A DNA stretch of 37,108 nucleotides, taken from positions 1 through 37,108 of IMG/VR virus record IMGVR_UViG_3300044657_000533; one strand, 5' to 3'. The position numbers and the translations under genes are program-made. Source of the stretch: a virus (Duplodnaviria; Caudoviricetes). Of the stretch, positions 17,509 to 25,477 are shown one piece after another (the stretch's first letter is position 1; each line of letters starts with the position of its first letter). Below the pieces are notes generated by a model. That model saw nothing but the letters and a program-made list of their open reading frames with translations, was not told where the DNA came from and made no database searches.

Positions 17509-18318
17509 TTGAAAGCAGACACCGATAACGGATACTTGAAAATAGCCAACGAGCTAATTGAGGCGATCACACGCCACGACTTCAGTAAACGCGAATACAA
17601 AATCCTTCTTGCCGTCATCAGAAAAACCTACGGCTACAACAAAAAATCAGATGATATTGCACGGTCACAAATAATCGAAATGACCGGGCTTGAGTCCTCT
17701 GCTGTCCGAAGATCAGTTAGGAAATTAACCGAGGAAAATGTGCTGCTAAAACAGCAGGGCAAGTACGCAAATAACCTCGGAATTAACAAGAACTATGGAG
17801 AGTGGAGTGGGAGTCAAAACGACTCCGGGGGAGTCAAAACAACCGGGGGTCAAAACAACCCTAGGAGGGGGAGTCAAAACGACCAGAAAGGGGGAGTCAA
17901 AACGCCCCATACAAAAGACAATCAAAATACAATACCAAAAGACAATACTATGTCGAAGAATAAATTCTCCGACACGGACATGAAATTAGTGGTCATGATG
18001 TTTGATAAAATCAAGATTGTTAATCCATCAGCAAAGAAGCCCAACTTCGAGACATGGGCGAATGTTATTCGGATGATGCGTCAACTTGATGACCGAACTA
18101 CCGAGCAGATTGAGCAGATATTCCTGTTCGCCAATAGCGATGACTTTTGGTGTACCAATATTCTCTCGCCAATTAAATTACGCAAACACTTTGACCAACT
18201 AACCATGAAGAGGAATCAAAATGGAAAACGCACCCAGAACGTATATCACAAGTCCGAGAACGGAGCGGATGTCGCATCAAGACTCCGTCAACGTCTCCAA
18301 GATGGCAGTTTCTCGTAA
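17509..18318 (+). CDS. Lambda O-like replication initiator
   Basis: ADTDNGYLKIANELIEA...REYKILLAVIRKTYGYNKK N-terminus, FWCTNILSPIKLRKHFDQL C-terminus, internal iterons. TTG start with GGGAG RBS. Confidence 0.9.
   Translation: MKADTDNGYLKIANELIEAITRHDFSKREYKILLAVIRKTYGYNKKSDDIARSQIIEMTGLESSAVRRSVRKLTEENVLLKQQGKYANNLGINKNYGEWSGSQNDSGGVKTTGGQNNPRRGSQNDQKGGVKTPHTKDNQNTIPKDNTMSKNKFSDTDMKLVVMMFDKIKIVNPSAKKPNFETWANVIRMMRQLDDRTTEQIEQIFLFANSDDFWCTNILSPIKLRKHFDQLTMKRNQNGKRTQNVYHKSENGADVASRLRQRLQDGSFS
17809..17946 (+). repeat. Replication origin: five GGG(A/G)GTCAAAAC iterons plus an A-rich tract
   Basis: Copies at 17809, 17829, 17845, 17869 and 17892, then CAAAAGACAAT twice (17912, 17936). Confidence 0.85.
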
Positions 18319-18880
18319 GCAGTTAATCGCGCAGCTCTATGTGCTGATGAGCACCACCTATGGCCACCTGTTCAGCTCGGTTAACAAATCAGATGCTGAT
18401 GTCGATATCTGGATAAACATCTGGATGGATGCACTGGCTGACCTGAGTGACGTACAGATTCACCGTGGTCAATCACGCATGGCAAAGGAATATGGCTCCG
18501 CGCCAACACCCAAAGAGTTTCGCGCTATCTGCAAAATAACCTCACAGGAAGCCGTGAACCGTGACGAGCAAAACACTACCCCAAGACTGGGCTACCAATC
18601 GGGCAAGAAGGATTGGCGAGAATTAGAGCGCGTGAAGTGGCTTAACAAGCACCCTGAGTTCAAAGCTAATCCAGCCAACAAGGAGGAGGCTTCGGACCTG
18701 ATTAAGATCATAGTCAAGTTCTTGGATAGCACTGGAACACCACTGCCTTACAGCAAGGATAGCAAGCTGGCCGGGAAGGAAGGTAGCCAGAGCGTGTCGC
18801 AGCCCAAGGTTAAGCGGCATATCCTGAATGACGTTGAGTATGAAGCCATACTTGAGCGCAAGGCTCTGGATGAACTCTGA
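18221..18880 (+). CDS. Lambda P-like helicase loader (start uncertain: 18221, 18269 or 18302)
   Basis: MSTTYGHLFSS...WMDALADLSDVQIHRG...APTPKEFRAIC, follows the O-like gene. Confidence 0.65.
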   Translation: MENAPRTYITSPRTERMSHQDSVNVSKMAVSRKQLIAQLYVLMSTTYGHLFSSVNKSDADVDIWINIWMDALADLSDVQIHRGQSRMAKEYGSAPTPKEFRAICKITSQEAVNRDEQNTTPRLGYQSGKKDWRELERVKWLNKHPEFKANPANKEEASDLIKIIVKFLDSTGTPLPYSKDSKLAGKEGSQSVSQPKVKRHILNDVEYEAILERKALDEL

Positions 18881-19097
18881 TGGTTGGCATAAACCCGATG
18901 GGGTGGAGAATACACTGCAGTCAGAGTGCGGCAATTATCGCATCACAAATCAAGGCCCGAAAAAGGGGAATAAGTATTGCCTATGGAAACGCCGGGAGGG
19001 TGTCTACAATCACGAGGTCACAGGGCAGAGGACAGATAGCTGGTGCGAGTTCATTACGATCGGAACCGCGTCTCACTGCCGAAGGAGCGCCAAATGA
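18870..19097 (+). CDS. Hypothetical protein
   Basis: MNSDGW...SECGNYRIT..., overlaps both flanking genes. Confidence 0.55.
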   Translation: MNSDGWHKPDGVENTLQSECGNYRITNQGPKKGNKYCLWKRREGVYNHEVTGQRTDSWCEFITIGTASHCRRSAK

Positions 19098-19396
19098 AAC
19101 GAACTGATAAGCAACGGGCGGCGATAGAGGTCTACTGCAACATGGTGGCAGAGGCCTGTAACGCCAAGGGGTTGGATATGGTCGAGGTTCTGTCCAAGAA
19201 AGCGGTCGAGATACCTTGGACCCAGTACATGGTGAAGGAATTGATCTTTAAAAAAATTGAACTGGTGATGCTCGGCAAGGTATCCACAACGCAACTGGAA
19301 AAGACCGAGGTGTCAACCGTGTACGATGTGATGAACCGCTGGCTAATTAACAATTTCGATATCTCAGTACCCTTCCCGGAGGATAAAAACAAATGA
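19094..19396 (+). CDS. NinB-like protein
   Basis: KRTDKQRAA...STTQLEKTEV...VPFP pattern, AAGGAG RBS. Confidence 0.55.
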   Translation: MKRTDKQRAAIEVYCNMVAEACNAKGLDMVEVLSKKAVEIPWTQYMVKELIFKKIELVMLGKVSTTQLEKTEVSTVYDVMNRWLINNFDISVPFPEDKNK

Positions 19397-19503
19397 ACAT
19401 ACAGCAAGCGTACAAGGAACATAACAGGGCGGTAATCGTGGCGCACTACTGCGCTTGGGCGAGTAAATTCGATCCAATGCTAGAGGGGTATTACGGCGCA
19501 TGA
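19393..19503 (+). CDS. 36-aa micro-ORF
   Basis: MNIQQAYKEHNRAVIVAHYCAWASKFDPMLEGYYGA, ATGA overlaps at both ends. Confidence 0.5.
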   Translation: MNIQQAYKEHNRAVIVAHYCAWASKFDPMLEGYYGA

Positions 19504-19772
19504 TGAAACAAAAGCCATTCAGGTCAAAAGAGTATCTGGCATTTGTTAGGACGTTGCCGTGTTCGGTATGTGGCACGGATCAAGACGTTGTAGCGCACCA
19601 TCTCATCGGTGTCGGTGGCATGGGCGGCATGGGGACTAAAGCCCCGGACAACTACGCTATGCCTCTTTGCTCGACTGACCATCACAAAATACACACAATA
19701 CACTTGATGTGGCCAGACCAGTGGGAGTGGATATCAAAAACACAAGCGAGGTGGATTGAAAATGGTAGTTAA
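19500..19772 (+). CDS. DUF968-like HNH/Zn protein
   Basis: YLAFVRTLPCSVCG...AHHLIG..MGGMGTKAPD..AMPLC..HH..IH. Confidence 0.75.
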   Translation: MMKQKPFRSKEYLAFVRTLPCSVCGTDQDVVAHHLIGVGGMGGMGTKAPDNYAMPLCSTDHHKIHTIHLMWPDQWEWISKTQARWIENGS

Positions 19773-20229
19773 GTTAAGTAATTTTGAGCTATATGTCGCT
19801 GCAATGGTTGGGGTTAGAAGGAATTTTACCAAGAGCGGCTTAACCAACAAAGTGAATAATAAAGATTTTGGATGGCACTGTGATATCGAGGGAGCAGCGG
19901 CAGAAATGGCCTTTGCTAAATGCTTTAATTTGTACTGGAACTTTTCAGTGAATACATTTAAGACGATGCCTGATGTTGACAAGTTTGAGATACGCCACAC
20001 GCAGAGAAAAGACGGCAAACTAATCATTAGGCCAAGCGATATACGCGAGGGCAATGTCACCTCTTACTGTTTGGTTGTTGGGACATCCCCAGAGTACCGG
20101 GTATGCGGGTGGATTAACGATGTCGATGCGGTCAAAGACGAGAGGAACTGGATGAAAGGGTTTAATAATATGCCTGATGCGTGGTTTGTTCCGCAAGACA
20201 GGCTCAATACGGAGTTTAATTGGATATGA
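19762..20229 (+). CDS. Hypothetical protein, possible PD-(D/E)xK-like nuclease
   Basis: GAAAEMAFAK...PDV..FEIR pattern. Confidence 0.55.
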   Translation: MVVKLSNFELYVAAMVGVRRNFTKSGLTNKVNNKDFGWHCDIEGAAAEMAFAKCFNLYWNFSVNTFKTMPDVDKFEIRHTQRKDGKLIIRPSDIREGNVTSYCLVVGTSPEYRVCGWINDVDAVKDERNWMKGFNNMPDAWFVPQDRLNTEFNWI

Positions 20230-20522
20230 GAGGTAACAGACGAGATGACAACGAGAGAGAAATTATCGAAGGACTCAAGCGTATCGGTTGCACGGTGCAA
20301 CCCTTGGGGGCCGACAAGAACGGGCTGCCTGATTTATTGGTTGGTCTGGCTGGAAGGAATTATCTCATCGAGGTCAAAGATGGGAAAAAGCCACCCTCAG
20401 CTACGAAATTAACCCCTAAACAGGTTGAATGGCATCGAGAGTGGGGTGGACAGGTTAGCATCGCTAAAAACGTAGATGAGGCGCTTGAGATAGTGACGAG
20501 GGGATTTAAAATTGCAGGATGA
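20226..20522 (+). CDS. VRR-NUC-like nuclease / resolvase
   Basis: RRDDNERE...GLPDLLVG...LIEVKDGKKPPSATKLTPKQVEW. Confidence 0.8.
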   Translation: MRGNRRDDNEREIIEGLKRIGCTVQPLGADKNGLPDLLVGLAGRNYLIEVKDGKKPPSATKLTPKQVEWHREWGGQVSIAKNVDEALEIVTRGFKIAG

Positions 20523-20664
20523 GCAGCTCGATATGTTTCAGCCTCAGCGGGAGGTAGGTGAGCCTCTTGAGGAGTGGGAGTTCATGATGAAGTGGTGCAT
20601 ACCAAATTACGATGACGAGCAGATACGCACGATGGTCGAGGGCGAGGGGTTCTTTGGGTGCTGA
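20512..20664 (+). CDS. 50-aa acidic protein with a beta-clamp-binding-like motif (not in ORF track)
   Basis: TTG start after GAGGGG. MQDEQLDMFQPQREVGEPLEEWEFMMKWCIPNYDDEQIRTMVEGEGFFGC. Confidence 0.55.
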   Translation: MQDEQLDMFQPQREVGEPLEEWEFMMKWCIPNYDDEQIRTMVEGEGFFGC

Positions 20665-20676
20665 AAATAAATTACT

Positions 20677-20713
20677 AAGAATGCTTGACTCCATTACTAA
20701 GCTGCCTTACTAT
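20677..20713 (+). promoter_or_regulatory. Rightward sigma70 promoter with two AAG-N4-CTT sites
   Basis: TTGACT-17-TACTAT. Sites AAGAATGCTT 20677-20686 and AAGCTGCCTT 20699-20708. Confidence 0.75.
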
Positions 20714-20749
20714 ATCCTCACAGTAACAAAACAGCCAAGGAAAACAAAC

Positions 20750-20998
20750 ATGAAAAACAAAATAAGCGTAACCCGATTCGCAGATGCACATGATGACAAC
20801 ATGAACGTGATTTCTAGCCCGAATATGTTCCAAATAGTATTCGGCGGCCAGAAGATTGTTTTTGATACTCAAGCAGACTTGGACGATGCGATAGCAGACT
20901 TGGCTAACAGCATCACGTTGGGAATGATTGACGACCCAAAGACTAAGCCACGAATCGTACATTTAAACAAAATGTTGACCAAGGTATTAGCAGACTAA
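20750..20998 (+). CDS. Hypothetical protein (start moved to ATG 20750)
   Basis: AAGGA RBS downstream of the promoter. Confidence 0.65.
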   Translation: MKNKISVTRFADAHDDNMNVISSPNMFQIVFGGQKIVFDTQADLDDAIADLANSITLGMIDDPKTKPRIVHLNKMLTKVLAD

Positions 20999-21023
20999 AT
21001 CTTAGGTATAGAGGAGAAATAAC

Positions 21024-21257
21024 ATGGCACGTAAAACAAAAAAAGAAATCGTTGCGCTTTATAACGCAACATTCAGCGAGTACGAAAAAGGTTTGTTGGC
21101 AGAGCACATTGTCGATGAATGCGTCTGGGATATAGACGCTGAGTACCGTGATGCTAACAACATTGGCGGGTACAACGCACAACAACGCGTTGGCTCTTAC
21201 GATGGCGTTTTATCTTTCCTTAAAAACGCTGTAGCGAAATATTACAAGGAGAGGTAG
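21024..21257 (+). CDS. Hypothetical protein
   Basis: GAGGAG RBS, 77 aa. Confidence 0.7.
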   Translation: MARKTKKEIVALYNATFSEYEKGLLAEHIVDECVWDIDAEYRDANNIGGYNAQQRVGSYDGVLSFLKNAVAKYYKER

Positions 21258-21351
21258 TTATGAAAAAGCACACTAAAAAGACGTTAGGTGGTGGGATGTA
21301 CGAGTACAGGGGCTTCTATGACCGATGAGCTTAAAGGTAAAATACAGATAA

Positions 21352-21380
21352 TTCACATAGGCGATTAGATAAGCTATAAT
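21352..21380 (+). promoter_or_regulatory. Candidate promoter for the packaging/late arm
   Basis: TTCACA-17-TATAAT, lacks a complete AAG-N4-CTT site. Confidence 0.55.
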
Positions 21381-21408
21381 CACATATCAACTTAACGAGA
21401 GTTAAATT

Positions 21409-21570
21409 ATGCCCTGCCCAGAATGCTGCACAGAACCCGACTGCAAGTCATGTCAAGAGATGATTGACAACAACGAGTTCCTGTTCTGCAAAGACTGCAA
21501 CCCAGACTTCTATTTAACCCTCGGTAACAAACAATTCTTAATCATACCAGACCGGGTAACAGTGCAATGA
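21409..21570 (+). CDS. 53-aa Cys-rich protein (not in ORF track)
   Basis: MPCPECC...CKSC...CKDC, ATGA overlap with the next ORF. Confidence 0.55.
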   Translation: MPCPECCTEPDCKSCQEMIDNNEFLFCKDCNPDFYLTLGNKQFLIIPDRVTVQ

Positions 21571-21653
21571 GCGGAAAAGGCGATAAACCAAGACCAGTGG
21601 ACCAGAAGAAGTACCGGGAGAACTGGGAAAAGATATTTGGGAAGAAACGATAA
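21567..21653 (+). CDS. 28-aa basic micropeptide
   Basis: MSGKGDKPRPVDQKKYRENWEKIFGKKR, coupled at both ends. Confidence 0.6.
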   Translation: MSGKGDKPRPVDQKKYRENWEKIFGKKR

Positions 21654-21814
21654 TGGGCTCAATGGCATATTCACCAAGCCAAGACCCTTGGCATCCACAA
21701 AGCCCTCAACGACAGAGAGTGTTGCGTCTTCAGGATGAGCAAGAGGAAAGAAAACAAACAGTCAACGACAGGCTCAAGGCATACAAGGCCAAATCAACCG
21801 ATAGAAAACGATAA
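21653..21814 (+). CDS. 53-aa hypothetical protein
   Basis: MGSMAYSPSQDPWHPQ..., TAATG coupling at both ends. Confidence 0.5.
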   Translation: MGSMAYSPSQDPWHPQSPQRQRVLRLQDEQEERKQTVNDRLKAYKAKSTDRKR

Positions 21815-21969
21815 TGGTAAAGCAAGCGTTTATTGAAAACATAATCACAATGATATGCACAGTCACCACTGTTCTTGGTCTGTACTACATGAGCGGCAGT
21901 TTCCATTCGCTTTGGGGATTACTAATGATGCTTAATGTAAACACAATTAAAATAAGGAAGACTGAGTAA
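21814..21969 (+). CDS. 51-aa membrane protein
   Basis: MVKQAFIENIITMICTVTTVLGLYYMSGSFHSLWGLLMMLNV..., TAATG-coupled to the small terminase. Confidence 0.55.
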   Translation: MVKQAFIENIITMICTVTTVLGLYYMSGSFHSLWGLLMMLNVNTIKIRKTE

Positions 21970-22346
21970 TGGCTGGAGGAAGACCATCAAAATGCACTCC
22001 AGAGCTTAGAGCTGACGCACGAGCTTATATCACTGAGTTCTGGGATAAACACGGACATCATGTGCCAAGCATCGTTGGTATGTCTATCGTGTTGAAGGTA
22101 GGTGAGACAACCTTGAAGGATTGGGCAAACCCAGACCACGCCTCGTTTAACGAAGAGTTTTCGACTATCTCCAAGGATTGTATGGCAGCTCAACACTTCC
22201 ATTTGACTAATAAAGGCCTTGGAAATGAGACTAATGCACAGATAACCAAACTCATGTTAACGAAGCACGGATACTCAGACAAACAAGAGGTTCAGGCATC
22301 ATTAATTGAGTTAGACAGAGTAGTAGATTTGACGGGCGGAGACTGA
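21969..22346 (+). CDS. terS: Terminase small subunit (gp3-like DNA packaging protein)
   Basis: GGRPSK, VPSIVGM, HTH-like TTLKDW, ITKLMLTKHGYSDKQE, upstream of terL. Confidence 0.85.
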   Translation: MAGGRPSKCTPELRADARAYITEFWDKHGHHVPSIVGMSIVLKVGETTLKDWANPDHASFNEEFSTISKDCMAAQHFHLTNKGLGNETNAQITKLMLTKHGYSDKQEVQASLIELDRVVDLTGGD

Positions 22347-22543
22347 TGACCGCTTGCACTCACAGGAATGTAAACTGTTATATGTCGGCAGCCAACCCGC
22401 ATCACAGGCACTACAGTAGCGCTATGGCAGATGTTGTTGCAGAGTCGGTGTATGAGTGCAAGGACTGTGGGAGAATAGTATCGCTTGAAGATAGATTGCT
22501 GGGGATTAGGGCAGACCTTAATACTATTTTAGGTAGTGAATAG
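22346..22543 (+). CDS. Small Zn-ribbon-like protein between terminase subunits
   Basis: CTH...YECKDCG, coupled at both ends. Confidence 0.6.
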   Translation: MTACTHRNVNCYMSAANPHHRHYSSAMADVVAESVYECKDCGRIVSLEDRLLGIRADLNTILGSE

Positions 22544-23982
22544 TGAAGGAGAAGCGCCTAGTTAAGCCACAGGGCGCTGTACTCAAGCAGTACCTGATAT
22601 CAAGAGCGCCAGTTCAGATCATCATTGGTCCTCTGGGCTCAGGCAAAACAATCACAACGTGTGATAAGGTTGTTGGTATGATGTGCGAGCAGGAACCCAA
22701 CAACAGGGGTGTAAGGCCATCACGCTGGGTCGCGGCACGTAATACCTACGGCGAGTTATTCACAACCACTATCAAGGACTGGATGGAAGTCAACGGCGGC
22801 CTTGGTACGTTCAATCAGGGCGGCAAGCAACCGCCTACACATACACTGAAGTTCGCACTACCAGACGGCACACGAGTGGAGAGCGAGCTGATATTCATAT
22901 CCTTTGACAGACCAGACCACGTTAAGAAAGCGCGAGGGCTGCAGCTTACTGGCGTGTGGCTGAATGAGGTCAAGGAGTTATCCAAACCCGTGGTTGATAT
23001 GTTAGACCTACGCCATGGCAGATATCCCTCCAAGAAGGACGGTGTCGAACCTACGTGGCATGGGATGCTGGGTGACTGCAACGCTCCAGATGAGGACCAC
23101 TGGCTCTATCACTTGGCCGAGGAAGCGAAGCCAGATGGCTGGGACATATTCAAGCAACCGGGCGGATTGTACCGGGAGGGCGAACACTGGATAGTAAACG
23201 AGAATGCTGAGAACAAATCGAACCTGCCACCAGACTATTACCTGCGCGGTATGCAGGGTAAGTCCGATGATTGGATCAGGGTTAACCTAGCTAACGAGTA
23301 TGGGTTCGTATCTGATGGTAAACCAGTACACCCACGATACGTGGACTCAGTGCATTGCAAGGACTGGGCTGACTGGAAGCCGTCAACAGAGAAGGATATC
23401 GTTATCGGGTTCGACTTCGGTAGAACACCCGCAGCGGCATTGCTTCAGGAGACAGCCTTCGGCGGCTGGGTGGCCTTCGATGAGTTCGTCACGCACGATA
23501 TGTCAGCTATTAGCTTCGCGCCTGAGCTTGGTAAGTACCTGAGACGGCATTATCCTAACAATCAATTCAGGGGCCATGGTGACCCGGCTGGTGGTGATGG
23601 GAACCAAGCAACAGATGAAACACCAATCAAAATATTGAACGCTGCAGGTATCCCTTGTAAGGCAACAAAGACCAATGACCCACTTGTCAGGCGCTCTGCT
23701 GTTGAGGTCCCATTGAGGGAGGTTGGTATGGATGGTGTACCTAGACTAATAATTCTGCCAAAATGTACTACAATGCGTAAAGGGCTTGCTGGTGGTTTTT
23801 GCTATAAGCGTGTACAGGTAGCGGGTGATGAGCGTTATCACGACAAACCAGACAAGAATAAATACTCACATATAGTCGAGGCGTTGGAGTATGGGTTGCA
23901 AGGTGAGGGCGAGGGGCGAGATATCCTTAAGTCAAAGGACCCACAGGGCTACGATGATTGGAACCAAGCGGTAAACTATTGA
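22543..23982 (+). CDS. terL: Terminase large subunit
   Basis: Walker A GPLGSGKT, Walker B VWLNE, nuclease GFDFGRTPA, C-terminal DKN.YSHIVEALEY. Confidence 0.95.
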   Translation: MKEKRLVKPQGAVLKQYLISRAPVQIIIGPLGSGKTITTCDKVVGMMCEQEPNNRGVRPSRWVAARNTYGELFTTTIKDWMEVNGGLGTFNQGGKQPPTHTLKFALPDGTRVESELIFISFDRPDHVKKARGLQLTGVWLNEVKELSKPVVDMLDLRHGRYPSKKDGVEPTWHGMLGDCNAPDEDHWLYHLAEEAKPDGWDIFKQPGGLYREGEHWIVNENAENKSNLPPDYYLRGMQGKSDDWIRVNLANEYGFVSDGKPVHPRYVDSVHCKDWADWKPSTEKDIVIGFDFGRTPAAALLQETAFGGWVAFDEFVTHDMSAISFAPELGKYLRRHYPNNQFRGHGDPAGGDGNQATDETPIKILNAAGIPCKATKTNDPLVRRSAVEVPLREVGMDGVPRLIILPKCTTMRKGLAGGFCYKRVQVAGDERYHDKPDKNKYSHIVEALEYGLQGEGEGRDILKSKDPQGYDDWNQAVNY

Positions 23983-25469
23983 TGACCTATGAGGAATTAA
24001 TGCAGAAGCAGAAGCGTGATGGCTTGATGGACGGCCAGCCCTCTATGTTTCGTAACCTTGGTATGCAACCAGATAATGGCCTGATGCGATTCCTGCACGA
24101 CCAGTTCGCTATACCTGAAGACCTCACCCCGATATCACAACAGACCCCAGAGCAGCTTGGTATGAATAATATGCAGCGGTTCAGTGAGCAGGTACAAGCA
24201 ATGCACCCTATGGATCAGGCGGCGATGGCAACAAGCTCAGTGCCTTTTGTTGGTGATGCCATTGGCCTGATGGCTGACGCACGAACACTCTGGAACGAAC
24301 CCGAACAACGAACACCGATGAACTATGGCCTGAGCGCATTAGGCGCGTTGCCGTTTATTCCAAGTCTCGGCATGGTCAAGGCATGGCATGGCACACCTCA
24401 TAAAGTAGATAAGTTCTCTATGGATAACATTGGAACAGGTGAAGGAGCGCAATCCTACGGGCATGGATTGTATTTTGCTGAAAGCCCTGATGTAGCTAAA
24501 CAATATAAAGAAGTTTTAGAGGTCAAGGAATTTACTGATGACGCAGGAAACGTGTTTGATGTTCCTGATTGGCTTGACGATTCAAACATTACAGGCGCGA
24601 GATTCCCGATACACACTGACTACGATATAGACCCAGAAGATGCAATAAAGACACTTGATTTTAACATTAAAAGAGCAGAAAGAAACGGGGCTAATGTAGA
24701 TATAGATTCAGCCAAAAGGCTATCAGAAGGATTGAAAAGTGGCGCAGTACACCAAAGAAAGCAAGGCAGCCTCTACAGCGTAAACCTAGACGTAGAACCT
24801 GAAGATTTATTAGATTGGGATGCGCCTTTGAGTGAGCAACCTAAGAAGATTCAAGAACTAATAAACAACTTAAAAAGCGAAGGAGAATTAACCAGTACGG
24901 CAAACTTTGAGTCGGGGGAAAGTCTATATCATTGGCTTACAGGAAGGAAAGGTGGCGGTGAGATGGAGGCAGGTTCTAATTACCTAAATCAACAAGGCAT
25001 CAAAGGCATCCAATACTATGACGGCGTGAGTCGTAAAGCTGGGGCAGGAACACGAAACTACGTCATGTTCGATGATGAGCTAATTAGTATCAACAGGGAT
25101 GCTTTTGACGCAACCACGACTGATATGCCCTTCTACGATAATCTTATCCAGAGCATTGGCGATGATTACAAGACCAATTACTTCAACAAGGAGAAGGGGA
25201 TAGACTTCAATATGAGCGAGATGACCCCTGATGATTACCTGTCCACAGTTGACTCTGGCTTCAGTCATGGCGTGATGAGTGGTATCGACCAGAGCAAGGT
25301 AGATAGGTATGCAGAGAAGATGTTAAACGGTGAAAAGTTCCCGGCATTAACATTGGATTACAGTAGCGGCAGACTGAGTCAGGAAGGTAGACACAGGTCA
25401 CTGGCCGCAAAGAAGGCGGGAATTAACAGTGTTCCTGTCCTAACCGTTAAACGCAACAAGCATTATTGA
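23982..25469 (+). CDS. Multidomain effector-like protein: shared leader, pre-toxin-like hydrophobic segment, ART-PolyVal-like domain, ParB/Srx-like domain
   Basis: TGATG coupling to terL. VPFVGDAIGL...LSALGALPFIP; AWHGTPH...GTGEGAQSYGHGLYFAESPDVAKQY...GIQYYDG...NYVMFDD; QEGRHRSLAAKKAGINSVPV. Confidence 0.75.
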   Translation: MTYEELMQKQKRDGLMDGQPSMFRNLGMQPDNGLMRFLHDQFAIPEDLTPISQQTPEQLGMNNMQRFSEQVQAMHPMDQAAMATSSVPFVGDAIGLMADARTLWNEPEQRTPMNYGLSALGALPFIPSLGMVKAWHGTPHKVDKFSMDNIGTGEGAQSYGHGLYFAESPDVAKQYKEVLEVKEFTDDAGNVFDVPDWLDDSNITGARFPIHTDYDIDPEDAIKTLDFNIKRAERNGANVDIDSAKRLSEGLKSGAVHQRKQGSLYSVNLDVEPEDLLDWDAPLSEQPKKIQELINNLKSEGELTSTANFESGESLYHWLTGRKGGGEMEAGSNYLNQQGIKGIQYYDGVSRKAGAGTRNYVMFDDELISINRDAFDATTTDMPFYDNLIQSIGDDYKTNYFNKEKGIDFNMSEMTPDDYLSTVDSGFSHGVMSGIDQSKVDRYAEKMLNGEKFPALTLDYSSGRLSQEGRHRSLAAKKAGINSVPVLTVKRNKHY

Positions 25470-25477
25470 GAGCAGCT

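Noticed and set aside
17809-17903. Short repeats as a CRISPR-like array
   Set aside because: The 12-bp units have 4-12 bp gaps and lie inside the O-like gene. They are iterons, and there are no cas genes.
21260-21369. Tiny ORFs MKKHTKKTLGGGMYEYRGFYDR and MTDELKGKIQIIHIGD
   Set aside because: The first has a good RBS, but both are very short and the second runs into a promoter. They may be a gene remnant and cannot be supported.
23958-23981. Upstream TTG starts for the effector genes (23958, 25466)
   Set aside because: The shared leader begins at ATG 23982 and ATG 25478, and 23982 is TGATG-coupled to terL.
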